Assembly: GCA_965228855.1 (NCBI GenBank)
Contig: CBDDIJ010000003.1
Coordinates: 2,144,001-2,208,000 of the forward strand
DNA: 64,000 nucleotides
From: Candidatus Obscuribacterales bacterium
Lineage (GTDB): Bacteria > Cyanobacteriota > Vampirovibrionia > Obscuribacterales > Obscuribacteraceae
Reading direction: 5' to 3'
Positions 24,903 to 35,396 of this stretch are shown piece by piece (position 1 is the stretch's first letter; every line of letters starts with the position of its first letter). A model generated the notes under the pieces. That model was not told the origin of the DNA. It saw only the letters and a list, made by a program, of their open reading frames with translations, and made no database searches. The position numbers and the translations under genes were made by a program.

Positions 24903-27527
24903 ATGGGGTTTCTCATAAATATAGATAAGGGATTAACCAACCTGATCAGAGGGGCACATTTTCCTAAGAGCATAGGTTGGCATGAAGAGAACCACTTGAG
25001 TTCAAGCACTCCGAGCGAGAAACCCAAAAGGTCAGTTGAGGATAAGCGTGCCGCAGGATTTTTCCTGTCGGTATTCGATCGCTCGACTACCAGGATCGCG
25101 CTACTTCTCATCCCTTCTCTGGTTATTTCACTTCTGCTCGCTCAAGCTTTCAATCCCGTCTTGATTCCGCTGACGGCAGAGCCACTAGCCAGGCAAATCG
25201 CCCAGGAAATCGAACCAGGCGCCATCAGCGAATTCGAGATCATGCAAGTGATCCGTCGATACAACCTGGCCTGGTGTTATCTCTCAGACAGAGACAATCT
25301 CAAAGCAGTCGGCGTCACCGCGACTTTCGCGCCCAAGACACGAAGAGGAATTCCGTCGACATCAAAAGAGATCGAAATTCGAGACGAGCGTTATTACGAG
25401 GCCGTCGTGCCCTTCCAAAACAACATGAATCTGCACGTCGGTCTCCCATTGAATCGGCATCTGCCAAAACTCACTGGCTCCGACGCACTTACTTCGATAC
25501 TCTACACGCCGATTCATCTTGGAGCCGTGCTGTGCGTTCTAGGTCTGGTCTGGCTCACCATGCTTATCTTGCTTGAATCAATCATTGGAATCTCAGTTCG
25601 AATACTGGGCGGAACGATAGACAACCTCACGGCTCTGGTCGCAGACCCTTTCACGAAACAACAGATCGCGGACATAACAAAATTGAGCTGGTGCCCGTCC
25701 GATTTCAGAGCGGTAGGTAGAAGCCTGGATCTGCTTATGAACCGGGTTTCGGAATACAAAGACCAGCTACGCGAACGCTCCACCGAAGAAGGGTTAGATA
25801 CGCTGAAATGGAAAGGGCAAAAACGCCCGATGTTTCAAGTCACCGAGTCTCGCGAGAAGCAACAAAGTTCCGCAGATTACGCAGTCGAAAGCGGCGTGTT
25901 TGCCGTGAAATTTGACAAAGAGCTCCGGTCCGCTGAATCGTCCTACGAATTTGCCGTCAAAGTGCTCGACGGAATCCACGACCTCTACACTGACACAATC
26001 GATGCAGCCGCGTTTATCAAAGTGGAGAAGAACCAGCAGATCACAGTCGAATCCTGTCTGCAACTCGATGATGACTCACTTGCGCTGCTCGAGAAAATCG
26101 ATCATCGCGAATTCATCGACGAACGCAATATGTCAAAACGCAGTATCGATGTCGGTCCCATGCTGATCAAGAAATTCGGATTCGAAGCAATCGCCACCAA
26201 AGATTCCTTCGGCAGAATTCTGTACTTCCCTTTCTGTTATGAAGGAAAACCGCTCGCGCTTCTCGCAGGTTTCATCAAGCAGGGACACAACCCCAACCCG
26301 GAGCGCATCAAAGCGCTGGAAAGGTTTCGAGACAAGGCGCTGGATCTGTATCACGAACACAGATTGCGCGAAGAACGCGACGACGATCGATGGACGGATC
26401 CAGCGACCGGAATGGGCAATAAAACTTACTTTCAAGAGCTCATGCCCAAGGTCGTTGAGCGCATGAAAGCGAAGGGATCACCGGGTCATTTCTCAATTTT
26501 GATGATCCAGCCGGACTTCACGACTCCGCGCTTAGCCCGTTTCCCAGCCGAGATGCACGATCGGTGGTTCGTAGAAATCGGCAAACTCATTAACGGCGTT
26601 CTTCCGATAAGCAAAAAAACAATTCCCGAAAAAGGCGCTACAAATTACATGATTCGCTATCAAGAACACGTAATGGCAGTCGTTCTCGAAGGAATTAAAG
26701 GAAAGGACGCGGTCAACGTCGCCGAAGGAATCAGAAACTCGGTGATAAGCAAATCCCAGTGGTCTGGCGGAGCCACAGACCTTTCGTTGTCTGTCGGCGT
26801 AGCGACCTTTCCCAGAGACAGCGAGAGCGCCGAAGAAATAATCGCCAAAGCAGCAACCACTCTTGCATACGTGAAGGAAAAACTTGGAGGCAACGCCGTC
26901 TGCGATTCGCAGAAAGTTCCCGAAGACTTCAAGCCCCGCGAGGCAACCGAGATCCAGGGCACTCTGGGCGTACTGGATAATGTTGGATTGCTCCAGTCAA
27001 TTTCATCAAGTGAAAAGAGCGGCGTGCTGATAGTGGTAAACGACATCGGTCAGAAGTTCGTTATCAGCTGGCATGAAGGTGCACCGGTCAACGCATCGCT
27101 AGGCGATCTAATCAGCCTCGATGCGGTTATAGAATTTATCACAACGTTTAAGAACGGCAGCTACAACTTCCAAACACGCAGTATCGCCCCTGGTGACAAT
27201 CAATCGACCGATCTACGCTCACTCGAGCGTTGCCTCATGGAAGCGGCGCTTTATGAGGACAAAATGATCGCGGCATTACGAGCGATACCATCTCCGGACC
27301 GCCTTGTTCGTAGCGTAGATAACCCGGTTGGTTGGCAAAAGGTCTCACAAGACCCGGACATCGTACCGGAAGAAGTGAGCGCCATGCGAGAGCTCTTCGG
27401 CATGGCCGACGGGACCAAAACTCTCTCAGCCATCTTCAACAAACTTACTCGCCAATGCACGGCAATGCGATGGCGCGCGGCAGCACTTTTGCTGCAGTAC
27501 GAACTTCTTCAAATGAAAATTGACTAG
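24903..27527 (+). CDS. Membrane signalling protein: 2 TM helices, GAF-like region, degenerate GGDEF, DUF4388 (PatA-N-like) domain
   Basis: TDPATGMGNK; RYQEHVM at the GGDEF position; LSVGVATFP; QGTLGVLDNVGLLQSISSSEKSGVL typical of DUF4388; start uncertain. Confidence 0.75.
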   Translation: MGFLINIDKGLTNLIRGAHFPKSIGWHEENHLSSSTPSEKPKRSVEDKRAAGFFLSVFDRSTTRIALLLIPSLVISLLLAQAFNPVLIPLTAEPLARQIAQEIEPGAISEFEIMQVIRRYNLAWCYLSDRDNLKAVGVTATFAPKTRRGIPSTSKEIEIRDERYYEAVVPFQNNMNLHVGLPLNRHLPKLTGSDALTSILYTPIHLGAVLCVLGLVWLTMLILLESIIGISVRILGGTIDNLTALVADPFTKQQIADITKLSWCPSDFRAVGRSLDLLMNRVSEYKDQLRERSTEEGLDTLKWKGQKRPMFQVTESREKQQSSADYAVESGVFAVKFDKELRSAESSYEFAVKVLDGIHDLYTDTIDAAAFIKVEKNQQITVESCLQLDDDSLALLEKIDHREFIDERNMSKRSIDVGPMLIKKFGFEAIATKDSFGRILYFPFCYEGKPLALLAGFIKQGHNPNPERIKALERFRDKALDLYHEHRLREERDDDRWTDPATGMGNKTYFQELMPKVVERMKAKGSPGHFSILMIQPDFTTPRLARFPAEMHDRWFVEIGKLINGVLPISKKTIPEKGATNYMIRYQEHVMAVVLEGIKGKDAVNVAEGIRNSVISKSQWSGGATDLSLSVGVATFPRDSESAEEIIAKAATTLAYVKEKLGGNAVCDSQKVPEDFKPREATEIQGTLGVLDNVGLLQSISSSEKSGVLIVVNDIGQKFVISWHEGAPVNASLGDLISLDAVIEFITTFKNGSYNFQTRSIAPGDNQSTDLRSLERCLMEAALYEDKMIAALRAIPSPDRLVRSVDNPVGWQKVSQDPDIVPEEVSAMRELFGMADGTKTLSAIFNKLTRQCTAMRWRAAALLLQYELLQMKID

Positions 27528-27558
27528 CGAAGCAAGCATCTCCGCAAGCCTCTAAAAT

Positions 27559-30500
27559 CTACCGTTTCCGACGCACCGCACTGGATGCGGTGTCACCTTT
27601 AAACTCGTCCTTACGGCGCACCGCGCTCTTCGCGGTTGCCTGCGCCTCTATATCGGTCATCTTCACAGACTTCGACACTTTGCAAACTTGCTCGGCGTGG
27701 TATTTCAAATGCTCCATCTCGCTGAGTTGTTTTCCGAAGTAGACAGCCGAGTAGAATTTCAGGAAGCTGGACAACGCATCAGGAAGCGCTTCGGGCGCCA
27801 CCTTCCCAGCGGACTTGCGCTCGTCTATTACACCCTGAACTCGCGCCAGAAATTCCGTCGGCGTCTCCGCAGGCTCGCGCGTCAGCTTCATCGACTTCTT
27901 GATCGCTTTGCTTACTTTCTTATAGTGCTTCCACTCAGGTCCACGCCCAGAATTGGCTTTACGCCACTTTCTATACAAGGTCAGTAAAACTCTGAAGGCT
28001 ATAAAACCGACAACAAGCGCTATCAAAGCCGCGACACAGAAAGTGACCACCTCGCCCCACTTGACGATAAACTGTGACTTCTCCAGACCAAGCTGTTTCT
28101 GCACTTCTTGTTGCGTGTACTGAGCCTCGCGCTTCTGCGCAGGCAAGACACCGCCTGGATGGGCGTCGAAAGGTACCCAGCCGAACTGCGGTACAAAGAC
28201 TTCGGCCCAGACGAGCTGGTGCTTCATTCTAACTTCCTGCTCGCCTGTAACACCGTTGTGTTCACCCGGAGCAAAACCGCTCACAAGTCTCGACGGGATG
28301 CCAACGCAACGCGTCAGTACGACGAAGGTGGAAGCGAAATCGTTACTGTTGCCGACGCCTCGGTTGAATAAGAAATCATCGACCAGGTCCTTGGCTTGGC
28401 TGTCTACCACTCGATTGCCATCATATTCGAAATTGTCGCGCAGATAATTGCAAATCTGATCAGCCTGGACAAACCAGTTGTAGCGCGGGTCAGAGTTGGT
28501 TTCCGCGACCTTGAAAAGCTCATCGGAAGTGCTCTCCGGCAGCTGCAAATACTGAGAGAATCGCTCTCTAATCGCATCGTCCTCGGCCGCGGATAAAGGC
28601 ATTTCCTGCCTCATTGCGTCGATAGGATAGATAGGTAGCTCGGTTTTGACCTTGATTTCAGCGTTTCGATTGATAGCTTTGGGAGAGGTCATGACCCCAT
28701 ATGGATCGACATCCACCTTCTTTTGATCTTGACCAAGTTTCAATTCCTGGGGTATCCAGCCACCCGGAATCACATGCCCAATCGACTTTGCCTTGACCTT
28801 GATCTCCTGAACCAGCTCCACCGTCGGCAGAGCAGATTCCGGTTTTAACGCATCAGCCATGCCGACCTTGAAGATCGGTCGCTCAGTGGATTCGAAGACA
28901 AACGGACGAGCAAACTTAGATTCCTTCAGCTGTTCTTGCTTTTCCTCCGAGCTCTCCTCGGTTGCGGCAGCCTTCTGCGGCTCGACCTTCTGAGGCGACT
29001 CAGACCTGAGAACCTTGGGTTCCACGGCATTTGTCGGCGTAGCATTAGTGTTACCAAACACAGATGGCTGGCTGCCTTTCACAATCCCTGTCTCAGTCGT
29101 GTTACCAAATACGGAAGGTTGACTTCCTCGCACGATTCCCTGTGGCTGCTGATATCGCTGCACCGGCTTCACCACAGGCTTTGGCTGGACCTTCTTCTCT
29201 TCTTTTTTGACGACACCATCAACCACGCGAATCTTGTCGACAGGTGCAGCCTTCTTCTTAGGAGGGGTGCGCTTCCACATCGTTCCTGTATAGAAATCGA
29301 AGCACTGGCGCCGCAAATAGACAAGACGCCGGGACTTTACAGTGAAAACCATCCGTTCATCGAGCTTTTCCTTATCAGCAACGCGAAGGATGTTGTCACT
29401 ACCGATGGTGACATCACTTTCTCCACCGCTCTTGCCATCTTTTCCGTCTTTGCCGTCTTCAGCGGGTCCTTTGTTGCCACCCGTTCCGTCCTTACCTTCT
29501 TCGCCTTCTCCGCCGCCTTTCTTACCTTTTTTATTCTTCTTGGTTTTGGCTTTTTTCTCGCCACCACCTTCGGTGCCCTTTCCATCTTTTCCGTCGGTGC
29601 CGGCAGTACCATCTTTGCCATCAGGATTTACCGGAGTCGGTGGCTCGTCCTTCTGTTTATCTTTGCCTTCAATCTGTGCCTTAGCGGCTTCGGATGCGAC
29701 AAACGCCTTTGTTTTCGCCTGGCGCTCGGGCGGCTTATCTTTCTTCGGTGGCTCTGTTTTCTTCTTTTTATCATCAGGCGCTACGACCGGATCCGAGTCG
29801 GCTTCCGCTTTGTGAGCGTTATCGTCTCCATCCTTTGTCAGCTTCGGCTTGTTTTTGGTTGGCGTCGGAGTAGACTCGGCCTTGTCCCGGGCCTTCGCAT
29901 CCATTGCCTCTTGCCGCTTTTGAGCCATCTGCTCTTGAACGTCTTTCTCGGCTTTCTCGCGCTCTTTCTTTAGCTCTTCCTCTTTCTTCGCCTTGGCACG
30001 CGCTTCTTCGGCGGCCTTCTTCAGCTTCTCCTTCTGCTCTTCCGGAGTTAGCTTCGAGGCGTACTTACCGACCATTGGCAGCTGTTTATTCTCGTGCTTG
30101 TTAAACCAGTCGCGACCAGCATGCGCATCCTTTGGTCCTGGCTGCGGCGGCGGAGGCATTGCAGCTTTGTAGAACATATCAGTAAGGTATTCGAGCTTCA
30201 TCGTCTTACTGTACGCCCAGACTTTGTCTAAAAACTCATCAGCTCTAGGAACATAGATAAACATAGCCAGCGCGATCAGCGGCACCACCGTCAACAACGC
30301 GATGGTGTTGCCTCTAGGTACGCGTCTGGCCCGTTTCTGGTTCAAAAACAACGGAACTTCCGGCGCGTTGGTGATCCTTCTAGCTAGCCATTCTGTGAGC
30401 GTTCGGGAGACGCAATCGAAATACATCATCAGTGCGCCGAGCAGCAAATAGGCGAACACGCAACAACCATAAGGCAATCCTTTTGCCACTGGTGCCGAAA

Positions 30501-30903
30501 GGCAAATTAACAATAGACCCAGTCCGGTAGCCGTATGCAAGTCGGTTCGAGTTCTCATCGAAAAAGTTACGAACGCAAAAATTCCACACAAGAAGTGGAC
30601 AAAAGGAGAGACGTAATCGAATTCATCTCGAAGCGGTCCGGTGAACTCGTACATCGTGTTGACACCGACCAGAAGAATACCTACCCACCAGATATATTTG
30701 AGCCAGCGGGGGTCTTGCTCACGAAATTTATAGCTGAGGAAACTGCCGGCGACGATTAGCACCAGATAAATCGCCGCCATCCACCAGGCCGTTCGCACGA
30801 ATAAACTGCTTGCCACCGTGCATAATACCGCCATGGCAAACACGACAGCACGCAACGGAATCGAATCCTCGGGAACCTCATGAACTGACTGGTTTTCGCT
30901 CAT
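27559..30903 (-). CDS. TgpA-like membrane transglutaminase-domain protein (DUF3488/transglutaminase/DUF4129-like), catalytic residues substituted
   Basis: N-terminal TM helices; YLRRQCFDFYTG; DFLF..GNSNDFAST..GIPSRLVSGF..WAEV..GWVPFD; ETPTEF in C-terminal domain. Confidence 0.85.
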   Translation of the reverse strand: MSENQSVHEVPEDSIPLRAVVFAMAVLCTVASSLFVRTAWWMAAIYLVLIVAGSFLSYKFREQDPRWLKYIWWVGILLVGVNTMYEFTGPLRDEFDYVSPFVHFLCGIFAFVTFSMRTRTDLHTATGLGLLLICLSAPVAKGLPYGCCVFAYLLLGALMMYFDCVSRTLTEWLARRITNAPEVPLFLNQKRARRVPRGNTIALLTVVPLIALAMFIYVPRADEFLDKVWAYSKTMKLEYLTDMFYKAAMPPPPQPGPKDAHAGRDWFNKHENKQLPMVGKYASKLTPEEQKEKLKKAAEEARAKAKKEEELKKEREKAEKDVQEQMAQKRQEAMDAKARDKAESTPTPTKNKPKLTKDGDDNAHKAEADSDPVVAPDDKKKKTEPPKKDKPPERQAKTKAFVASEAAKAQIEGKDKQKDEPPTPVNPDGKDGTAGTDGKDGKGTEGGGEKKAKTKKNKKGKKGGGEGEEGKDGTGGNKGPAEDGKDGKDGKSGGESDVTIGSDNILRVADKEKLDERMVFTVKSRRLVYLRRQCFDFYTGTMWKRTPPKKKAAPVDKIRVVDGVVKKEEKKVQPKPVVKPVQRYQQPQGIVRGSQPSVFGNTTETGIVKGSQPSVFGNTNATPTNAVEPKVLRSESPQKVEPQKAAATEESSEEKQEQLKESKFARPFVFESTERPIFKVGMADALKPESALPTVELVQEIKVKAKSIGHVIPGGWIPQELKLGQDQKKVDVDPYGVMTSPKAINRNAEIKVKTELPIYPIDAMRQEMPLSAAEDDAIRERFSQYLQLPESTSDELFKVAETNSDPRYNWFVQADQICNYLRDNFEYDGNRVVDSQAKDLVDDFLFNRGVGNSNDFASTFVVLTRCVGIPSRLVSGFAPGEHNGVTGEQEVRMKHQLVWAEVFVPQFGWVPFDAHPGGVLPAQKREAQYTQQEVQKQLGLEKSQFIVKWGEVVTFCVAALIALVVGFIAFRVLLTLYRKWRKANSGRGPEWKHYKKVSKAIKKSMKLTREPAETPTEFLARVQGVIDERKSAGKVAPEALPDALSSFLKFYSAVYFGKQLSEMEHLKYHAEQVCKVSKSVKMTDIEAQATAKSAVRRKDEFKGDTASSAVRRKR

Positions 30904-32384
30904 AGCGCCTCCAGATCCTTCTCCCATTCGATGCGTCCGACGACTTCGCCCTGCGTCGGTCCCATCGCGCGTTTCACATCTTCCTGCGAACGCGTCTTTG
31001 TTTTTCTCAGGGATGCCATAGAGAATCCTTCTTTGCCTTGCGAAGCATAAGCGTCTTCGTCAAAGTCCCAACCGAATGGTACCACTATCAATTCTAGCGG
31101 ACTGCAGATCACATCTCCCTTTTCAGGGTGATACTTCATCACCTGTTCGGCTGACGGAATAAGAGTTACGACGTCTTTCTCTACGACACTGAAATCGAGA
31201 AGTGCGTCGGCATCGTCATCAGTTGAGGTTCGAAAATTACCGGAAACCAGCTCTACGCGCGCTAGAATCTCAGAATACAACTGCAGACCGGGGTTGATGT
31301 TTTCCGGCAAATCACTCATCAAGGCTTGCATTTCCTTCGACTGAATCGGCGGATTGATTAAAAGCTCAGGGAGCTGCCCTCGGTTGTATCCAAGGTGGCA
31401 AAGCGAAATGGCAGTGGACACAGCCAGCTCGAATTGTTCGGCATTCTTGTACGGCAATCGCAAGTTCAACAATAAATCGAAGACCGGAATGGTTTCCTGG
31501 TCAAACTCGCGCACAAGCATTTTGCCAAGTCGTGCCGTCGAAGGCCAGTGCACATGTCGCAAACTATCGCCGCTCTTGTACTCTCGAACACTGCGAAAAC
31601 TGGTGGATTGGTGCGTGATTTTACTGCTATGAGAAGCCATCCCCATGAGAGAACTGACTCCGCGCAGGTGCTCCATAAAGTTACCGGATATCGGATAAAG
31701 TCGCGGATATACGGTGATTGAGATGTCCTTTTTGTTGTCCTGTACCTTCATGGTGCGCGACCACCAGACGATTCCGAGCGGAAAGCAGGTGCTGATTTCA
31801 ACACCTTTCAATAAATAAACACCGCGTTTGAGAAGCGGTGTCGGAAATTCAAACCATTTTTCGTCGTCCAGCGACTCGATCAAAACGGGCTCAGGCGGAA
31901 GAATTTTTTCGAAAGTGCGGCCGTCTTTACCACGCCGCGCTACGTCTACGTTTAACCGAAGCCATTTGGCAGGAATCAACCACGAAAACGGTCCGAGAAT
32001 GTTACGTCGTTTCAGCTTAATAATGACAGTGGTGCCTTCGTAGGAAAGCACCTCTCCTGGCATCGAACACTCGCCTTTCACATCAAGCAAGATGAGAAAC
32101 GGAATGACCGCGCCCACTACTGCCGCGCACAGAAAGCCGGATGCGAGCAGATACATCCACTCATTTGCAACTACCGCGCCGAATACATAGATTAAAATGG
32201 CACAGACGATCATGCCAATGAAACGAGTTTCCATCACCAGTTTCATGCCGAACACGCCAATCGGCAACTGCCAGATCTTCGGTGGCTTGTAGTCCGGATT
32301 TACAGGCGGCACAGCAGGAGCCGCCTCCATGGAAGCAAGCGGCTGATCGCCTGGACCTTGCGTTTTTTTCTTGAGTCGGTGCAT
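30900..32384 (-). CDS. DUF58 domain membrane protein
   Basis: FRSVREYKSGDSLRHVHWPSTARLGKMLVREF; FELAVSTAIS; two N-terminal TM helices. Confidence 0.9.
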   Translation of the reverse strand: MHRLKKKTQGPGDQPLASMEAAPAVPPVNPDYKPPKIWQLPIGVFGMKLVMETRFIGMIVCAILIYVFGAVVANEWMYLLASGFLCAAVVGAVIPFLILLDVKGECSMPGEVLSYEGTTVIIKLKRRNILGPFSWLIPAKWLRLNVDVARRGKDGRTFEKILPPEPVLIESLDDEKWFEFPTPLLKRGVYLLKGVEISTCFPLGIVWWSRTMKVQDNKKDISITVYPRLYPISGNFMEHLRGVSSLMGMASHSSKITHQSTSFRSVREYKSGDSLRHVHWPSTARLGKMLVREFDQETIPVFDLLLNLRLPYKNAEQFELAVSTAISLCHLGYNRGQLPELLINPPIQSKEMQALMSDLPENINPGLQLYSEILARVELVSGNFRTSTDDDADALLDFSVVEKDVVTLIPSAEQVMKYHPEKGDVICSPLELIVVPFGWDFDEDAYASQGKEGFSMASLRKTKTRSQEDVKRAMGPTQGEVVGRIEWEKDLEAL

Positions 32385-32421
32385 TCAGTTTCGACCGGCG
32401 AGATTGGTTTCAAACAGAACT

Positions 32422-33378
32422 TCAGGCGGGTACAGGAACGTGCTCCAGAACCTTCTTTATAATGTCAGTGTGACATATCCTGCTGGATTTCACTTTGGGC
32501 ACGACCCTGTGACCAAACACATACGGCGCTAATGCTTTCACATCCTCTGGCGTGACATATTCGCGCCCCTCTACAAACGCCATCGCCTGGCTGGCCTTCA
32601 CCAGAAGCTGGCTTCCCCGTGGGCTCACGCCCAGTACGACTGAGGGGTGATTTCTCGTGGCCGTCACAATATTGACGATATACTCGACAATTTTGTCGTG
32701 CACAAATATCGCCCGAATAGCGTGTTGCATTTCTTGAATATCTTTGGTCGTGAGCACAGGCTCAACGACGAACGCGCCTTCTTGCAAAGTCTTGCGCACA
32801 ATTTCCATTTCTTGCTGAGCATCGGGATAACCCAACGACATCGAGATCATGAAACGGTCGAGCTGCGCTTCCGGCAGAGGGAACGTACCGTGGTGCTCAA
32901 TCGGGTTTTGCGTTGCAATGACGAAAAACAGTTCCGGCAACGGACGAGTAGTACCGTCGGTGGTTACTTGTTTTTCCTCCATCGCTTCCAGCAAACTGGA
33001 CTGTGTTCGGGGAGTGGCACGATTGATTTCGTCCATCAACAGAATGTTGGTAAAAATTGGTCCGGGCATGAAGTGAAACGTCGATTCACGCTGGTCGAAA
33101 ATGCTCACCCCTGATATGTCGGAAGGCAACAGGTCCGGAGTCGCTTGAATCCGTTTGAAGTTTGCTTGAATCGATCGAGCTAAACTCTTGGACAGAAGTG
33201 TCTTTCCAGTACCGGGCACATCTTCGAGGATGCAATGTCCGCCTGCTAAAACCGCTACAACTGCCAGTTTGCAGGCTCGCACTTGCCCGACCAACGCTCG
33301 CCCCATATTCTCGACAAGGTGTTGGGCTTTTGGCGAGAGTTGCATTATCGCCGGGTTTGCTGCGGTCTGATTCTTCAC
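32422..33378 (-). CDS. moxR: MoxR-family AAA+ ATPase
   Basis: LEDVPGTGKT, RIQATPDLLPSD, DEINRATPRTQS, ATQNPIE..GTFPLPEAQLDRF, GVSPRG. Confidence 0.95.
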   Translation of the reverse strand: MKNQTAANPAIMQLSPKAQHLVENMGRALVGQVRACKLAVVAVLAGGHCILEDVPGTGKTLLSKSLARSIQANFKRIQATPDLLPSDISGVSIFDQRESTFHFMPGPIFTNILLMDEINRATPRTQSSLLEAMEEKQVTTDGTTRPLPELFFVIATQNPIEHHGTFPLPEAQLDRFMISMSLGYPDAQQEMEIVRKTLQEGAFVVEPVLTTKDIQEMQHAIRAIFVHDKIVEYIVNIVTATRNHPSVVLGVSPRGSQLLVKASQAMAFVEGREYVTPEDVKALAPYVFGHRVVPKVKSSRICHTDIIKKVLEHVPVPA

Positions 33379-33561
33379 AATTGCCTCCGTTCTACGGCTA
33401 CACCTGGCTTTTCATACCCAGGGCTGATTGTCGACTAAACATCTTATGGATGTCTACTGACAATTGGTAATGCCAGTGACTTAGAAGCTTATACATCTGC
33501 CCAGATAAATTCCAATGGACTATAATCGAATTTTAGAAGTTCGTTGGTTTGGGTGAGGAAT

Positions 33562-33813
33562 ATGTCTCAGAACACACGCATGCTACTTATCGCGCTTGTC
33601 GTCATGGTCGTCTTCGGCATATTTTTACAGTCGTTAATCGCCAAGTCTCTGCAGGATAGCAGCGGCTCTGACGCTATGAACACCTTGCCGAAATTGCCCT
33701 CGTCGACAAACATAGAGCCTCTGCCTGGCATCGAACCGATTCCTGGAGCAGTTCCAAACCTACCGGGAAGTCAGGGTGCCGACACGAAGAACGCTCCTGC
33801 CAAGCACAAGTAA
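33562..33813 (+). CDS. Small single-pass membrane protein with Pro-rich tail
   Basis: RBS GAGG; hydrophobic N-terminal helix; IEPLPG/IEPIPG repeat. Confidence 0.65.
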   Translation: MSQNTRMLLIALVVMVVFGIFLQSLIAKSLQDSSGSDAMNTLPKLPSSTNIEPLPGIEPIPGAVPNLPGSQGADTKNAPAKHK

Positions 33814-33945
33814 CCAGCTGGACGACAAACGTTCCTTAGCGATTTGCTGATTGCTGCACCAGAGCAATCAAACGCTCAGGTGTACACAGCCAAACTGCAA
33901 AAGTTCTAAACACCATTCTTGCTAATTTATCGGACGGTGGATCGC

Positions 33946-35355
33946 CTACGCCTTAGGTTCCGCGTGCAATGAGCCCTCGCCTGCAAAACTTTCTCCGCTT
34001 GATGAAACCTGGACGGCAATGTCGGGAGAAATTCCGACCGCGACGGCGGGTCCATCCTGTAATTCAGGATTTCGCAAATGCTTGATGAAAACGTTAACCA
34101 TGCATGCCACCGGCAGCGATACTATGACTCCAAGCATCCCATCTAAGCGTGCGCCAATCATGATGGCTATGAAAATTATGACCGGATGCAAACCGATGAC
34201 GTTGCCTATGTATTTCGGTCCCACGATATTATCTTTGAGCCATTGGAAGATTCCGAATACCACGAGCACCACGGCGAGTTGCACGATACGGTCAGCATGA
34301 ATATGCTCGACGCCCGCTACTAGCACAGCGATCACTGTAGGAATAATGCCCACGGTCGGACCAATGACGGGAACGATTTCCCAGACACCGAGTATGATAC
34401 CAAGCGCAAGAGCATACGGCACTCCCATAAGTGAATAAACCGCAACCATGAATGCGCCGAACAAAAGACCGAGTACAATCTGACCTTTGAAGAAGCTGTG
34501 CAAACTTCTGTCCGTATCCTGAAAAAAGGATAGAACGCGTGAGCTGACTGCATCGGGGAATACACCGGCGGTTTCCCTCGACATTCTCGAGCCATCCAGT
34601 AAAAAGTAAAAGGCAAGAATCAGTATCGAAAGCCCGTAAAACAGCCACGTTAGAGTGGAGGTCGCCACGGTAGTCAAATGCGTCATGATTAAGCCAGCAT
34701 CGGGCTTAGGAGCAGTTGCGGCGAGATTTACCAGAATATCCGAGGGTTTCATGTGGATATTTGCGGCGCTCAGCTTCTTCTCCAAAGGCTCCAGATAAAC
34801 CATGATCGTATTCAAGAAGGCAGGAATTTGATCGAACGTGGACTGCAACAGCTGCGAAATCTGATACACCAATATTGGTATCACTATTATTATGGCGACT
34901 GCAATCGTTACGCTACCTAGAGCGTAGACGGTTAAGACGGCAGCAAGTCTGGATTTGATATAGCGCTCAATTAAATCGACCAGACCGACAACTGTGTAGC
35001 AAACAAAAATCGCAAGCGACAGAATTCGAAGGATATCCGAAAATGTCTGAAGTACTTGAATGGCTAGAAAGGCTATCAGCAAGCCGAGCGTGATGATCAC
35101 AAGGCGTCGCTGCAAGATCGCCAGTTTCTGCTGCTCGTTGCTTACACTCAGCTGAGCTCCGGACGGCAACGTCTGAATATCATCTCCTGTCAGGAGGCTC
35201 TCGTCAGTCGGCACACCAAAAGCGACTGTGTCAGGCTCACCAGGACGCGGCAATCGCTGCGACTCCTCCCCTTCGGGACGGCGTCTAGCGCTGCCTTCAT
35301 CTGGTTTTGGGATGGACATGAGAACCGGACTTCCTCCTGGATATCGTCTACTCAA
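33946..35355 (-). CDS. AI-2E family (PerM-like) transporter; ATG at 35319 is a likely alternative start
   Basis: FYFLLDG, FFKGQ, IVPVIGP, NIVGPKYIG..GLHPVIIFIAIMIG..GMLGVIVSLP. Confidence 0.92.
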   Translation of the reverse strand: MSRRYPGGSPVLMSIPKPDEGSARRRPEGEESQRLPRPGEPDTVAFGVPTDESLLTGDDIQTLPSGAQLSVSNEQQKLAILQRRLVIITLGLLIAFLAIQVLQTFSDILRILSLAIFVCYTVVGLVDLIERYIKSRLAAVLTVYALGSVTIAVAIIIVIPILVYQISQLLQSTFDQIPAFLNTIMVYLEPLEKKLSAANIHMKPSDILVNLAATAPKPDAGLIMTHLTTVATSTLTWLFYGLSILILAFYFLLDGSRMSRETAGVFPDAVSSRVLSFFQDTDRSLHSFFKGQIVLGLLFGAFMVAVYSLMGVPYALALGIILGVWEIVPVIGPTVGIIPTVIAVLVAGVEHIHADRIVQLAVVLVVFGIFQWLKDNIVGPKYIGNVIGLHPVIIFIAIMIGARLDGMLGVIVSLPVACMVNVFIKHLRNPELQDGPAVAVGISPDIAVQVSSSGESFAGEGSLHAEPKA

Positions 35356-35396
35356 TCAAACGAGGTCTTGCAAGCTCAGTAGCTTTGCCCCAAAGA

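Noticed and set aside
28936..29973. 345-aa plus-strand ORF and the overlapping 29342..29815 ORF
   Set aside because: Antisense shadows of the low-complexity insert of the transglutaminase-like gene
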